A stretch of DNA of 64,000 nt. Origin: Epithemia pelagica (lineage: Eukaryota > Protista > Bacillariophyta). The stretch's first letter is position 1; the number at the start of each line of letters is the position of its first letter. A program made the position numbers and the translations under genes. Location: positions 2,728,001 through 2,792,000 of the forward strand of contig OX337230.1 in assembly GCA_946965045.2 (NCBI GenBank), in the 5' to 3' direction. Below are positions 20,801 through 31,294 of this stretch, one piece after another. Below the pieces are notes generated by a model, which did no database searches, had not been told where the DNA came from, and was given only the letters and a program-made list of their open reading frames with translations.

Positions 20801-23517
20801 TTGACGAATTGCTTGGTAGACTTGATACCATAAATGTCAGTAACCAAAGTATCACGACCAACAAAAATCTGAGCAATCTTGCCACCATGGTTAACAGCCG
20901 GGGTGTCGGAGAAGATGGAGTCAGTGGCAACGGGTTCATGCCGTCGTGGTAGGTTAAGGATAGGATTCCGGGCCTTAAAATGTTTCTTCAAGGTATCCTG
21001 GTCAAAGGAAATGTGTCCATGACGAGTTGTATGCTTGAACGTATCTGCGATTACATCTTCCGATTGCCACCCAAAGAAAGGGCGAAATTTCTTCCAGTCG
21101 TATTGTTCCTTGTAGAGCTTGTGGACAGACGCATGAAGTGTGGGGTCGTTGCCATCTTGATCAGCATAGATGGAAAAGAAGGAAGGTGTATCGGGGCCAT
21201 GATCATATGGGAGATCAAGGAGGAGATTCAAAGTGCATACAACGCGATCGGTATACTCCCCATATTGGTCATAGGGGTACGTTTCCATACTACCATCAGT
21301 CTCCACAGATGTCCAGTTCGGTGCAGGGTCTTGATGGGGGTCTGGATGGGTATGGTCAAGTACAGAAGGATCCCAGATATGGGGTGAAGTGAACACAATA
21401 TGCGGATATTTATCCATATCGTCATCAGAAGGGATTCCCAGAGATTGAATGTATGCAAGGCCATCCTTGATTCGTAAGGGCAATGCACGTCCATCAAGGG
21501 TAGTAATGCGTTGTTTGCCATCAACCTTGACGGATCGTTCGTCGACAGATAGGCCGAAATGTTCAAATTGCGCTGGGGCATGGATAGATAAACCCTTTCC
21601 ATAGTGGGCATACTCATTGAAGATACCAATAATGGGTCCATCACTTGTATCAAACTTGGCAGCACACGTAACAACTGGAAGGCCAGTCAATTCATGATTG
21701 TCAATACCTACGATGGTAATATGACGTCCGGTTTTGGCAAGGATGCGCATGTCAGATCCTGCAAGGCCTCCATTGGCACCTCGATCGATGAGTTGATTAC
21801 CAGAAAAGGTGGATTTGCGGGAGAATAGATACCGTGACATATGAACCTTTTGCTTGTGATCGGCAGAAGACTTGAACTTGACTTTAGGACTTGACTTTGT
21901 CGTAGAAGTTGACAAGATGTTGCTGAGGTCAGATGCTGGATGATTGATATCTGTCGATGCAATAGCCTGGTGTACGAACTGGGTAACCGGATCAGAGGAT
22001 GTATCGAATGGATCTTGTTCTGGTGCATCTTGATGGGTATCACCAATGTTGTTGGCATCAGGATCAGGGTCCGGTTCAGGATCAATGTCAAGAGAATGTG
22101 TTTGGACCTTGCGTGGAGTTGTCGGGGAATCTTGGACGGATTTATTGAAGTCGACAATGATTTGCCGATCCTCTTCAGAGAGTTTAAACCATACATCTCT
22201 TGGAAGGCTGATTTTCGACGAAGTTGGGGACTTTTCGGATTGGATATTCGTGTTGTTGATCTGGTAGTCAGGGGGCTCCACTGGTTCAAAAGGTTCATCC
22301 AATTGAAATTCATGTTGCTTTACATGACGACGACGGTTAGACGCAGAAGTTCGGGTAGCTTGGTCATGGTCAAAAGCAGCATCAAGAAGCAGGCGGAAAT
22401 ATGATTGATAACAGAGAGATTTGGCTCCAGATTTTGTGTTGACAACGTTATCCAAGATCTTGACTCGTCTTAAATCAGGTACTTTTTCAACAGCTTGCAT
22501 AAGGAAGGTCATCCTTGTATGGTCATGGATACAATCCGACAGTGGTACAAGGTTATCCAGAAGTCGTAGCTGTTCTTGGAAATGTAGGAGAAACTGACGA
22601 GTTGTACCACGCCAAGAGTCATCCAGTCGAAGATTCGAAATGTAGCTTGTTAGGCGTAACACTTCTCGCTTAGCTAGATCAGATTCAGTGTGTAAAACAT
22701 GGAGTTTCTTCAAGACGGCTCTTGCATCTTCATCATGTTCATGTTCTCGAACGTATGCTCTTCCTTGGTCGGTTTGGATAATACGTACAAGTACAGAATA
22801 GACAAAGACTTGTTGTTCTCGGAAAAGTAACTCTGCGCATTCGTCATCCTTGGGTACCTTGTAATTGAAATCAAGAACATTCGACAATCCTTGTGCTTTC
22901 GCAGTTGATTTGAATACACGCCAAAACGAATCAAAGTATCGTTCGTCTTTGAATGATTCAAATGCTGTTGCATCTCTTTTGGTTCCTTTCTTGAAAGCAG
23001 AGAGATCTAACATGGATTGAGATGTTGTAGAGGATGTAGTGGGAGATCGGGATGATACGGAGTGTGCAGGTGATTTCAGAGGAGAAACTGGGTCTTGGTT
23101 CATACCAGACTTGGTAAAGTCGGTGTTGATCCTCCAATCGTCATATTGGTCCCTCGTGAGGTTCATCCATGTAGCACGGGGTAGTTTTCCATGTTGGAGT
23201 TGCCGTTGTTGTAGTAACCAATATGCCATTAGTTTGAGTTGTAATCTTGTACTTGTCTGTAGGTCGTTGACTTGCTTTCCAACCTTGTATTGCATGAGAT
23301 CCTTGAGTGTCTCCTCGGGATCAGTTGCAACATGGTCGAGGACATGAAGGATATGTTCAAAACCATGATGTCGCATCCACTTTTGAAGTGATTGGGCTCG
23401 TTCATCATTACAACCAAAGATGCCTTTAGTTATATGGTCGAAGAGATCTTGGTCGGTTATATGACTTGACTTGTCCTCAGGAGGAGTAAACGGTGTCTTG
23501 GGAGGTGTCGCTTCCAT
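17836..23517 (-). CDS. Copia-1 gag-pol polyprotein, 1893 aa
   Basis: Gag, protease LIDRGANG, integrase (VATDSIF, ISDGG, AENRYQTVK), RT (KARLVADG, ADIGNAYLEA, KALYGLKSSG, YVDD), RNase H (YVDAN, VFGDN, ADILSK) in Copia domain order. Confidence 0.97.
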   Translation of the reverse strand: MEATPPKTPFTPPEDKSSHITDQDLFDHITKGIFGCNDERAQSLQKWMRHHGFEHILHVLDHVATDPEETLKDLMQYKVGKQVNDLQTSTRLQLKLMAYWLLQQRQLQHGKLPRATWMNLTRDQYDDWRINTDFTKSGMNQDPVSPLKSPAHSVSSRSPTTSSTTSQSMLDLSAFKKGTKRDATAFESFKDERYFDSFWRVFKSTAKAQGLSNVLDFNYKVPKDDECAELLFREQQVFVYSVLVRIIQTDQGRAYVREHEHDEDARAVLKKLHVLHTESDLAKREVLRLTSYISNLRLDDSWRGTTRQFLLHFQEQLRLLDNLVPLSDCIHDHTRMTFLMQAVEKVPDLRRVKILDNVVNTKSGAKSLCYQSYFRLLLDAAFDHDQATRTSASNRRRHVKQHEFQLDEPFEPVEPPDYQINNTNIQSEKSPTSSKISLPRDVWFKLSEEDRQIIVDFNKSVQDSPTTPRKVQTHSLDIDPEPDPDPDANNIGDTHQDAPEQDPFDTSSDPVTQFVHQAIASTDINHPASDLSNILSTSTTKSSPKVKFKSSADHKQKVHMSRYLFSRKSTFSGNQLIDRGANGGLAGSDMRILAKTGRHITIVGIDNHELTGLPVVTCAAKFDTSDGPIIGIFNEYAHYGKGLSIHAPAQFEHFGLSVDERSVKVDGKQRITTLDGRALPLRIKDGLAYIQSLGIPSDDDMDKYPHIVFTSPHIWDPSVLDHTHPDPHQDPAPNWTSVETDGSMETYPYDQYGEYTDRVVCTLNLLLDLPYDHGPDTPSFFSIYADQDGNDPTLHASVHKLYKEQYDWKKFRPFFGWQSEDVIADTFKHTTRHGHISFDQDTLKKHFKARNPILNLPRRHEPVATDSIFSDTPAVNHGGKIAQIFVGRDTLVTDIYGIKSTKQFVNTLQDNIRTRGVMETLISDGGSSLISHKVKDILRTLLIGEYRSEPYHQHQNKAENRYQTVKRMTNAIMNASGCPASAWLLCLEYVCDLLNHTSSPTHSGRTPLEALTGTPPDITHLLFFPFWDEVYYRVDPSEPTSGSYPSSPAEKLGHWVGFAHNVGDAFTWKILTADNVILYRSAVRRVASTTPNLRVDISSGEESPHKPTDKQGDTVFIRSRSEDPSTPMPTIDYDDLVGRTFLCDTEENGERHRARVIKRVVDLEQDATKQEDRLKYIFRKSNSNVDEMISYNQLMEYIERDNQAQTTGDSLFRFRDVIAHQGPLNSSDPDYKGSKYNVLVDWETGETTYEPLSLIANDDPITVAIYAKKNGLLDLPGWKHLKRYVKTSKRLIRAAKQSRIKQVRRSIKYKFGFQVPRTYEEAVELDKQFGNTKWQDATELELSQIQSYNTFKNHGKAKFINGKLANAPEGYHKIRVHLVFDVKHDGGHKARLVADGHLTKEPVETIYSGVVSIRNLRIAIFLGTMNDMEIWGADIGNAYLEALTGEKIFIIAGPEFKELEGHILIIYKALYGLKSSGARWHDKLFDVLIDMGFSPSKADPDIWMKKAPGEDCYEYIAVYVDDLAIVAMDPEAVCKIFTEKYNFKLKGVGPIEYHLGCRYTKDPDGTLVSDPRRYIEKMMDTYERLFNEKPKKAKPPVIANDHPELDDSELLDEEGTQHFQTLIGQLQWLITIGRFDVFPATMTLSRFRAAPRIGHLKRAKRIYGYLMSFPDGSIRFRTGEPDLSALPIQEYDWSRTVYMDAKERIPEDCPTPLGRFVTTIHYVDANLMHDIVTGKAVTAILHFVNGTPVDWYSKRQATVETATYGSEFVAARTAVDQITELRLTLRYLGVPLREKSYVFGDNRSVVINSTTPHSIISKRHHLLSYHRVREAIAAKYVAFYWKDGKTNPADILSKHWEFAAVWPMLRSLLFWRGKIQESDEGIDNPHSTNCGEC

Positions 23518-23851
23518 GATGTTATTTGGTTGGTTCGATGTTTATTTAATGTGCGGTGTGATGTGGTTTATTTAATGTGTGATGTGATGTGAACCCGGAT
23601 GTACCACGTGTGCCACGTATGTACCACGTATGTGATACCCGGATGTGTGTTGTGATGTGCGACTCCTGGAAATTTCCGTTGATTCCGACAAATTTTCGCC
23701 GACTTTCAACAAATTTTCGCCGAATTTTCGCGATTTGACGGGAATGTGTGGCGTGTTGTGCGACCAAGGGTACCCGGATGTGCGTTGAGTTTAAGTCTTG
23801 GACGGAACTCGGTCTTGTGTCTGGTTTGGTGTAGAAGCTACGTAAAGTTAC

Positions 23852-24607
23852 TTATTCTTGGTCACTTTCGGCTCGGTACTGAAGACGAGATGCGGAATCG
23901 GTCACTGTAGTGGCTAGTTCTTCAACGTCGTCGTCTTCCAACAAGTGGTTCACGTGTTGAGTGAAGAGAGGGTAGATAGTCGCACGGAAATCCTGGCAGA
24001 GATGGATCTCGTGAACAAAGGAGACGTACTCGTCGAGACGAGTAGTCGGGGTAGGTAGCGGATTCGTCGTCGAGTTGACGATCCAGATGGTGTGGAAGTA
24101 GTTGGTTGGACGTTCAAAGGAGATGAATCGAATACGGATGGGTTCCACAGGGTTGCCCAACAGGGCTTGGACAATGAAACGGCGTCTCGAGCACTGATTC
24201 AAGAGGTCGAGAAGTCGTTGGATGTCCTCAAGGTCAGTCACGGGTTGGACGGACTGGAAATCGATCTCGCGTTCGGTTGTGGAACGGATCACGTCGGGGT
24301 CGGTAGTCGACTCAGTCGGCTCGCGGAAGTGTCGGATATGCGCAGTAAGAAGACGGCTCGTACGTCGGGTGCGAGTAGGGTTCAAACGGCGAGGCGGAGT
24401 CGAAGGTTGAGTCGGGATCGAAGGAGGCTGGACCACTTGGTCCGGGGTCTGGAAGGGATTCGGAGCACTGGCCTGAGTCGGGGTCGGTTTCGGAGTTTCA
24501 ATCAAGGGCTCGCCCGGATGGGCCACGGGTGGATGGAGTTCCTCCCCGCTTTGTTGGAAGGAATGAAAGATGTGTCGAATAGAGAGGTTGGAATCGTCGT
24601 GAGACAT
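23852..24607 (-). CDS. Copia-1 extra upstream ORF, 251 aa, Pro/Thr-rich, unknown function
   Basis: Uninterrupted ORF from ATG 24607, between the PBS and gag on the same strand. Confidence 0.65.
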   Translation of the reverse strand: MSHDDSNLSIRHIFHSFQQSGEELHPPVAHPGEPLIETPKPTPTQASAPNPFQTPDQVVQPPSIPTQPSTPPRRLNPTRTRRTSRLLTAHIRHFREPTESTTDPDVIRSTTEREIDFQSVQPVTDLEDIQRLLDLLNQCSRRRFIVQALLGNPVEPIRIRFISFERPTNYFHTIWIVNSTTNPLPTPTTRLDEYVSFVHEIHLCQDFRATIYPLFTQHVNHLLEDDDVEELATTVTDSASRLQYRAESDQE

Positions 24608-24628
24608 CGAAAGCTTCTCGGAAATAAA

Positions 24629-24645
24629 CGATGAGACTGTTAATC
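24629..24645 (-). other. Copia-1 primer-binding site (GATTAACAGTCTCATCG)
   Basis: Abuts the 5' LTR. An identical 17-mer abuts the Copia-2 5' LTR (30208-30224). Confidence 0.8.
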
Positions 24646-25403
24646 TGATAAACTTCTCTCGATTCAACAGGGGTTAGACAGATAGTTAGGATAGGTAAAA
24701 GGCTCGCTGAGCCGACAATCGAATCACCAACCGATACAACAATCCTCCACGGGTCAGAGAAGAGTTGCAAGTCGAAGTCCGCCGTGGGTGGGGGCAGTCG
24801 GTCCACTGATAAGAGGTAAGTCTTAAGATGAGTGTTAAAATGGTGATATTAATGATTGTGAGACGATTACTAACTAAGGTGGTTGACGGTGCCGAAGTCC
24901 TGGCTCTTGCATACGGCCATGGATCTGGTGTGATAGGTCCTCACTGATTGGAGTAGACCGGCATTGGTGTATATTGAATGTATAGGGTGATGGATAACAT
25001 GTATGGGATGCAACAGCTCTTGCTTTGTCGTGGTATAAGTCTTGTCCTGGGCGCGTTGCTGTTTGCATTCTTGGATTTGTGGGAACAGAGATATGGTCTC
25101 GCGTGATCGTGATTCGTGCTTTGATTACATAGACCGTTAGGTCGAATCGTGGATGCGCGTACTCGGATAGTAGAGGCGCGCACTTGATAGTTTTGGGCGC
25201 GCACGTGTTGGGCCATAGTTAATATCCGAGCGGTCGCCGATAACGCGTGCACTGCGAGCATGCCGTGGCCAAATTTATAGTTTCGCGAGCATGCCGACAT
25301 TCTTTTCTCACTTTTAGGAAAATGTCATCGGATGCCATAAAATACTAGCATCATTCGATGAGTTGTAGGTTTCGCCACCTAGTTTTCGGTGAGAATCCTA
25401 ACA
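24646..25403 (-). repeat. Copia-1 5' LTR
   Basis: Near-identical to 17084-17841. Confidence 0.97.
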
Positions 25404-25587
25404 AGAGGAAGCTGGAGAAATTTCCTGTTTCTCTTCGTCCGATCTTGGAGCTGTCATGCCAGCCTGTATTTTAAACACCCGACTACGAAACGGATCATCT
25501 TTTGTTTGATTCCTCACATTATGCTTTCTATTCCTGGTCTAATGAGCTGCTTGTTTCTTGACCGGCTTTGGACGACTCATCTCCTCT

Positions 25588-28500
25588 TGGCAGAACTCTC
25601 ATTGAGAATTCAGAAGGGTAATAGGCAGATAGGTAGGATAGGTAAAAGGCTCGCTGAGCCGACAATCGAATCACCAACCGATACAACAATCCTCCACGGG
25701 TCAGAGAAGAGTTGCAAGTCGAAGTCTGCCGTGGGTGGGGGCAGTCGGTCCACTGATAAGAGGTTAGTCTTAAGATGAGTGTTAAAATGGTGATATTAAT
25801 GATTGTGAGATGATTACTAACTAAGGTGTTTGATGAAGGTCGAGGTCCTGGCTCCTGTATACGGCCATGGATCTGGTGTGATAGGTCCTCAAATGGTTGG
25901 AGTAGACCTGCATTGTTGTATTGAAAGTATATGCAGTTGTATATCATATACCAATGCCAACAGCTCTTGCTTTGTTGTGATATAGGTAGTTTTCTTGGCG
26001 CGTTGTTGATTGCATTCTTGGAATTGTGGGAATGGAAATATGGTCTCGCGTGATCGTGATTCGTGCTTTGATTACTTAGGTCGTTGAGGTAAGTCGTGGA
26101 GGTGCTCACTCGGATCGTGATTGCGCGCGCTTGAGAATACTGGGCGCGCACGTGATGGGCCATAGTCAATATCCGAGCGGTCGCCGATAGCGCGTGCATT
26201 GCGAGCATGCCTTGGCCAAAATTATAGGTCCGCGAGCATGCCGTCATTCTTTTCTCACTTTTACACAAATGTCATCGGATGCCATAAAATACTAGCATCA
26301 GTCGATGTGTTGTAGATTCCACCATCACCTAGTTAAAGGTGAGAATCCTAACACTCCCCACAATTCGTCGAGTGAGGATTGTTATTTTCCTTGTCATGCT
26401 TCTGAACGTTTCCTCCCCAGAAGAATATGATCTTGAACATGGTCCATACTTTCAAGAATTTCCAATGTTTGTTGAGAATGTCTCCTGGATGTTCTCATAG
26501 TCATCATTCTTGAGTTGGTAGGTCTTGTCGATGCCCTTTGAGCTATGCTCCCCAGGTGCCTTCTTCATCCAAACATTGGGATCTGCTTTAGTTGGTGACA
26601 AATCCATATCAATTGGGATGTCAAAGAAACAGTCACGCCGACATGCTCCTGAAGATTTCAATCCCTTTGAGGCCTTGTGCGTAATCAAGATGTGACCTGA
26701 TTCCTTGAGTTCTTGTCTTGCAACTATCAAGATCTTCTCTCCAGATAAAGCTTCCGGGTCGTGTGCAATTCCAACTTTTGTTCCCATATATCCATATCAT
26801 TGAGAATCCCAAGACAGGTGGTTGTATGGAAGTTGTGAACGGAAGTAGTACACAAAAGGATTGCCTCAACCGGTTCTTTGGTAAAAGCCTCGTCTGTGAT
26901 GAGAAGTGCTGGGCGACTATCATCATGTTTTACAAGATGGATTCGAATCTTGTTCTTGTGATACTCTTCTGGTGATGCATTTATCATTTCCCTTCTCTTG
27001 AACTGAGCTTGAACGCAATCCTTGACTTTTGTGAGGGATTGGATCTGTGAAGCCTGAAAGAGCTCAACTTCAGTAGTGTTGTGCCACTTTCTTTTACCAT
27101 GTTGCTTGTCTAACAAAACAACTAATTCTTCATTTGTCATTGAAACTTGATAACCAAACTTGTACTTGATGGAACAACAGACTTGCTTGATTCTTGACTG
27201 CTGTTTGGCAGCTTGAACAAGGTATTTACTGGTCTTGACAAAACGCTTGAGATGTTTCCATCCAAGTTCATTTAATAGATCATGTTTCTTGGCATAGGCA
27301 TCATTTACCATGAGTGACGGAGGCTCATAGATCATCTCCCCAGTCTCCCAATCAACAAGTATATTACAGTGACTTCTTTTGTAGTCAGGATTGTTGCTAA
27401 TACTTGACGGTTCTTGATCTGCAACAACGTCTCTGAACTGGAAAACGTCATCCTCAGTTTCCTGTGCTTGGTTGTCCTGTTTGATGTATTCCATATGTTG
27501 ACGGTATGAAATTGTCTTGTCAATGTCGGAAATGGATTTGCAGAAAGTGTACTTGATACAGTCTTCTTGCTTGAGAGCATCTTGTTCTAAATCAATGACG
27601 CATCTTATAAGACACGGTTGTGGTTGTGGTTGCTCCCCATTATACGGTTGTGGTTGCTCCCCATTTTCCTCTGGATCATAAACAAGGAAAGGTTGTCCAA
27701 TAGTGTCATCATGTTTAATCGTTGGAATTTGCGTGGATGGATCTTCACCTTTGCTACAAATGAAAACAATGTCAGCTTGCTTGCCGTTGGGTTCACTTGG
27801 AAGCGATTCCTCCCCTGAAGAGGTATCCACACAAAGGTTGCTGGGTGGCGTGGGTGCATCATGAAGAATGGCAGAGTAACAAAGGGTTTGAGTGTCCAGA
27901 GACAAAGTATCACCAATAGGAGGGGCAAAAACAAGCCAGTAGCCAAGTGTCGTGACAAAAGAGGGAGGGTAGGGACGGTAGGGACGGTGGGAGAGGGCAT
28001 ATGATTCGGTAAAGTAGGGGGCCTTGTCCGAGATAAGGAAGAAAAGAGGGTGGGTAATTCCGGGTGGGCGACCATTGAGGATCTCAAGAGGGATATGGCC
28101 CAAAACGGTCACGACGTATGTTGCCCTCTTAACGGTCTGATAACGGTTCTCAGCCATATTCTGATCTTGGAGGTTTGGTTTGGAAAAGTGTTCTCCAAGG
28201 AGGGGTGTGTAGAAGGAAGGTGTATCCGGTCCATGATCGTAAGGTAAATCCAAGAGAAGGTTGAGGTTACAGACAACACAATTGGTATATTTCCCAAACG
28301 CATCATTTGGATTACCATCATTTTCAACAGTCCTCAAAGAAGGTACCGTATCTTGCATGGGATCAAGATGCCAATGATTAAAGCCAGTCATGTGATTGTC
28401 GCCGGAGAAAGTAGACATGCGAGAGAGCAGATGTTGTGATGTCTGAACTTTCTGTTTACAATTGTTGTTCTTGGGACAATCATTAGGGATGGATGTTGTC

Positions 28501-30990
28501 TTGGTATTGGATTCCAAATTAGCAAGATTAGATGTTGGATGATTGACAACAAGATTGGTCACAACTTGAGGAACAAACCGGGGAATCAGATCAGAGAAAT
28601 TGTCTTGACGGTCTTTGGAAGCATCTTGAATTATGTCGTCAATCCGTGTACTACTACCAGGGTCAGGATCAGGTTCTGGATCAATGTCAAGAGTATGCGT
28701 CTGTTCCTTGCATGCAATTGTTGATGCATTCTGGGTAGACTTGTTGTACGCAATGATTACTTGACGACTGTTGTCAGTGAGTTTACTCCACAGATTTCTT
28801 GGAAGACTAATCTTTGGAAGCGAAGATGAATCCTTGGTCTTCATGTTAGTTCTCTTAATCCTGTCGTGCATTTCTTTGGGTGATGGATTGCTGGTATCAA
28901 AATCTTGATCATATTGAAAGTCATGTTGCTTGGTATGCTTACGTTAGTTAGACTTTGGTGATCGAGTTGCTTGGTCATGATCATATGTGGCATCAAGGAG
29001 AAGACAGAAATATGATTGATAACAAAGTGTCTTTGCACCAGACAAGATGTTGACTTGTCGTAAATCAGGTACCTTTTCAACGGCTTTCATCAGGAAGGTC
29101 ATCCTAGTGGAGTGGCCAGGAATGTGATCAAACATTGATCCCAGATTGTCGAGAAGATGGAATTGGTGTTGAAAGTGGAGAAGAAACTGATAGGTTGTGC
29201 CGTGCCATGAATCATCGAGACAAAGATTGGAGATGTAGTTGTTAAGACGTAACACCTCTCTTTTTGCTAAACGAAATGACGAAATCCAACCTTGGTTCAG
29301 GCAAAGCTTGGTGAAGTCTGCATTGATTCTCCAATGATCGTAATCCGCCTTGGTGAGGTTCAACCAGGTTGAACGGGATATATCACACTGCTGCAGGGTT
29401 GAGGTTTGTTCTCGTGACCAATATGCTAGGATCTTCAGTTGATGCCTTGTATACGTCTTCAGGTTCATCGTCTTGTTCCCATACTTGTATTGTCCAAGGT
29501 CCTTGATATTCTTTTCTGGATTGACTGCAAGATAGTCGATGACATTCAGAATGTGTTCGAAACCACTATGTTTTATCCATTGATGAAGGGCTTGAGCTTG
29601 TTCCTCATCACATTCAAATAGATGCTGGGTGATATGATTGAACACTTGTGTATCTGATATGTCAGGCGGTACTGAGTCGTCAGAAGGAAGAGAAGGTGTC
29701 TTGGGGTATGTTGGATCCATGGTAGTATATGGTTGGTTCGTTGTTTATTTAATGTGTGGTGTGATCTGAACCCGGATGTACCACGTGTGTGCCACGTATG
29801 TAAGTACCCGGATGTGTGTTGTGCTGGGAACCCGGATGTGCGGAACTCGGTTTTGTCTCTGGTTTGTTGTGGAAACTACTTAAAGATACTTATCCTTGGT
29901 CACTTCCGGACTCGTTGCGGTGATCGAGTTGAACCGGGGAGTCAGGAATAATGGTAGCTTCCTCGTCTTGCTCGTAGTCCTAAGCAAAGTACTGGTCAGG
30001 TGAGTATTGGGAAGGTAGTTGCACGAAGTCCTGGTCCAGCTTGAGGTCCTGGAATAGGAGAGGGTTGATGACCCTAGCCTTAGCCAGGCTGGCCCTGTTG
30101 TTGGGTTGGGTAGCTTTGTCCTCTAACTCTTGTTTGTTGGTGTAGCTCAATCTGTACTCAATGTAGATGGGTAAGTATGATCTCCAATGCGACTGCAGGG
30201 CAATGAGCGATGAGACTGTTAATCTGGCAGAACTCTCATTGAGAATTCAGAAGGGTAATAGGCAGATAGGTAGGATAGGTAAAAGGCTCGCTGAGCCGAC
30301 AATCGAATCACCAACCGATACAACAATCCTCCACGGGTCAGAGAAGAGTTGCAAGTCGAAGTCTGCCGTGGGTGGGGGCAGTCGGTCCACTGATAAGAGG
30401 TTAGTCTTAAGATGAGTGTTAAAATGGTGATATTAATGATTGTGAGATGATTACTAACTAAGGTGTTTGATGAAGGTCGAGGTCCTGGCTCCTGTATACG
30501 GCCATGGATCTGGTGTGATAGGTCCTCAAATGGTTGGAGTAGACCTGCATTGTTGTATCGAAAGTATATGCAGTTGTATATCATATACCAATGCCAACAG
30601 CTCTTGCTTTGTTGTGATATAGGTAGTTTTCTTGGCGCGTTGTTGATTGCATTCTTGGAATTGTGGGAATGGAAATATGGTCTCGCGTGATCGTGATTCG
30701 TGCTTTGATTACTTAGGTCGTTGAGGTAAGTCGTGGAGGTGCTCACTCGGATCGTGATTGCGCGCGCTTGAGAATACTGGGCGCGCACGTGATGGGCCAT
30801 AGTCAATATCCGAGCGGTCGCCGATAGCGCGTGCATTGCGAGCATGCCTTGGCCAAAATTATAGGTCCGCGAGCATGCCGTCATTCTTTTCTCACTTTTA
30901 CACAAATGTCATCGGATGCCATAAAATACTAGCATCAGTCGATGTGTTGTAGATTCCACCATCACCTAGTTAAAGGTGAGAATCCTAACA
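25588..30990 (-). mobile_element. Copia-2: non-autonomous, internally deleted relative of Copia-1
   Basis: 766-bp LTRs (25588-26353, 30225-30990) with 1 substitution seen; TSD CCTCT (25583-25587, 30991-30995). Internal gag/IN/RT remnants are homologous to Copia-1, with deletions, stops and frameshifts. Confidence 0.95.
26354..29720 (-). pseudogene. Copia-2 degenerate gag-pol
   Basis: ORFs 28944-29720 (gag), 26727-28871 (IN remnants, YNVLVDWE-like motif) and 26452-26787 (RT remnant KADPNVWMKKAPG). Confidence 0.9.
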
Positions 30991-31294
30991 CCTCTGTTTG
31001 TGGTATTAACGTGACGTCCTCTCCTTTCCCATACGATCCCCAATCCTCTTTCAAGTTTTGATGTAATCTGCAGGTGTACTAACATCCATAATTAAGAAAT
31101 CGAGGATCTATCACTTATTGTAGTTTGTATTACTACTACCATGCAATCTGTTCACATATAATTAAGACGCACGGCTGTGCGCGCGAAAGACGGTGATGGT
31201 TCTTGGGGAAGCACGTCAGTGGGATGGCTGGCGACAACGGTTATTGCTGTATTAGATTCTGCCGCTCTCGCCCGCAGAAGTAACTTTGGGTGCA

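Larger units (their letters stand above)
17084..25403 (-). mobile_element. Copia-1: full-length Ty1/Copia (CoDi-like) LTR retrotransposon
   Basis: 758-bp LTRs (17084-17841, 24646-25403) with TG..CA ends and 3 substitutions seen; 5-bp TSD AGAGG (17079-17083, 25404-25408); PPT GGGGAG; intact gag-pol. Confidence 0.97.
16010..25587 (-). pseudogene. Decayed ORF interrupted by the Copia insertions and ending in the minisatellite
   Basis: Removing Copia-1 joins ...MTAPRSDEEKQEISPASS (25457-25404) in frame to QKYQLRMRLIRDAK (17083 downward). It continues through a frameshift, ORF 16568-16873 and an in-frame TGA into 24-aa repeats. Confidence 0.5.

Noticed and set aside
24092-24634. Antisense ORFs overlapping TE and host CDSs (also 41551-42180, 59700-60395 and others)
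   Set aside because: Shadow ORFs opposite well-supported coding frames.
30219-30905. ~220-codon ORF spanning the Copia-2 LTR as a real gene
   Set aside because: The homologous Copia-1 LTR has frameshifts and stops in the same region, and the aligned part shows many amino-acid changes. There is no sign of coding constraint.
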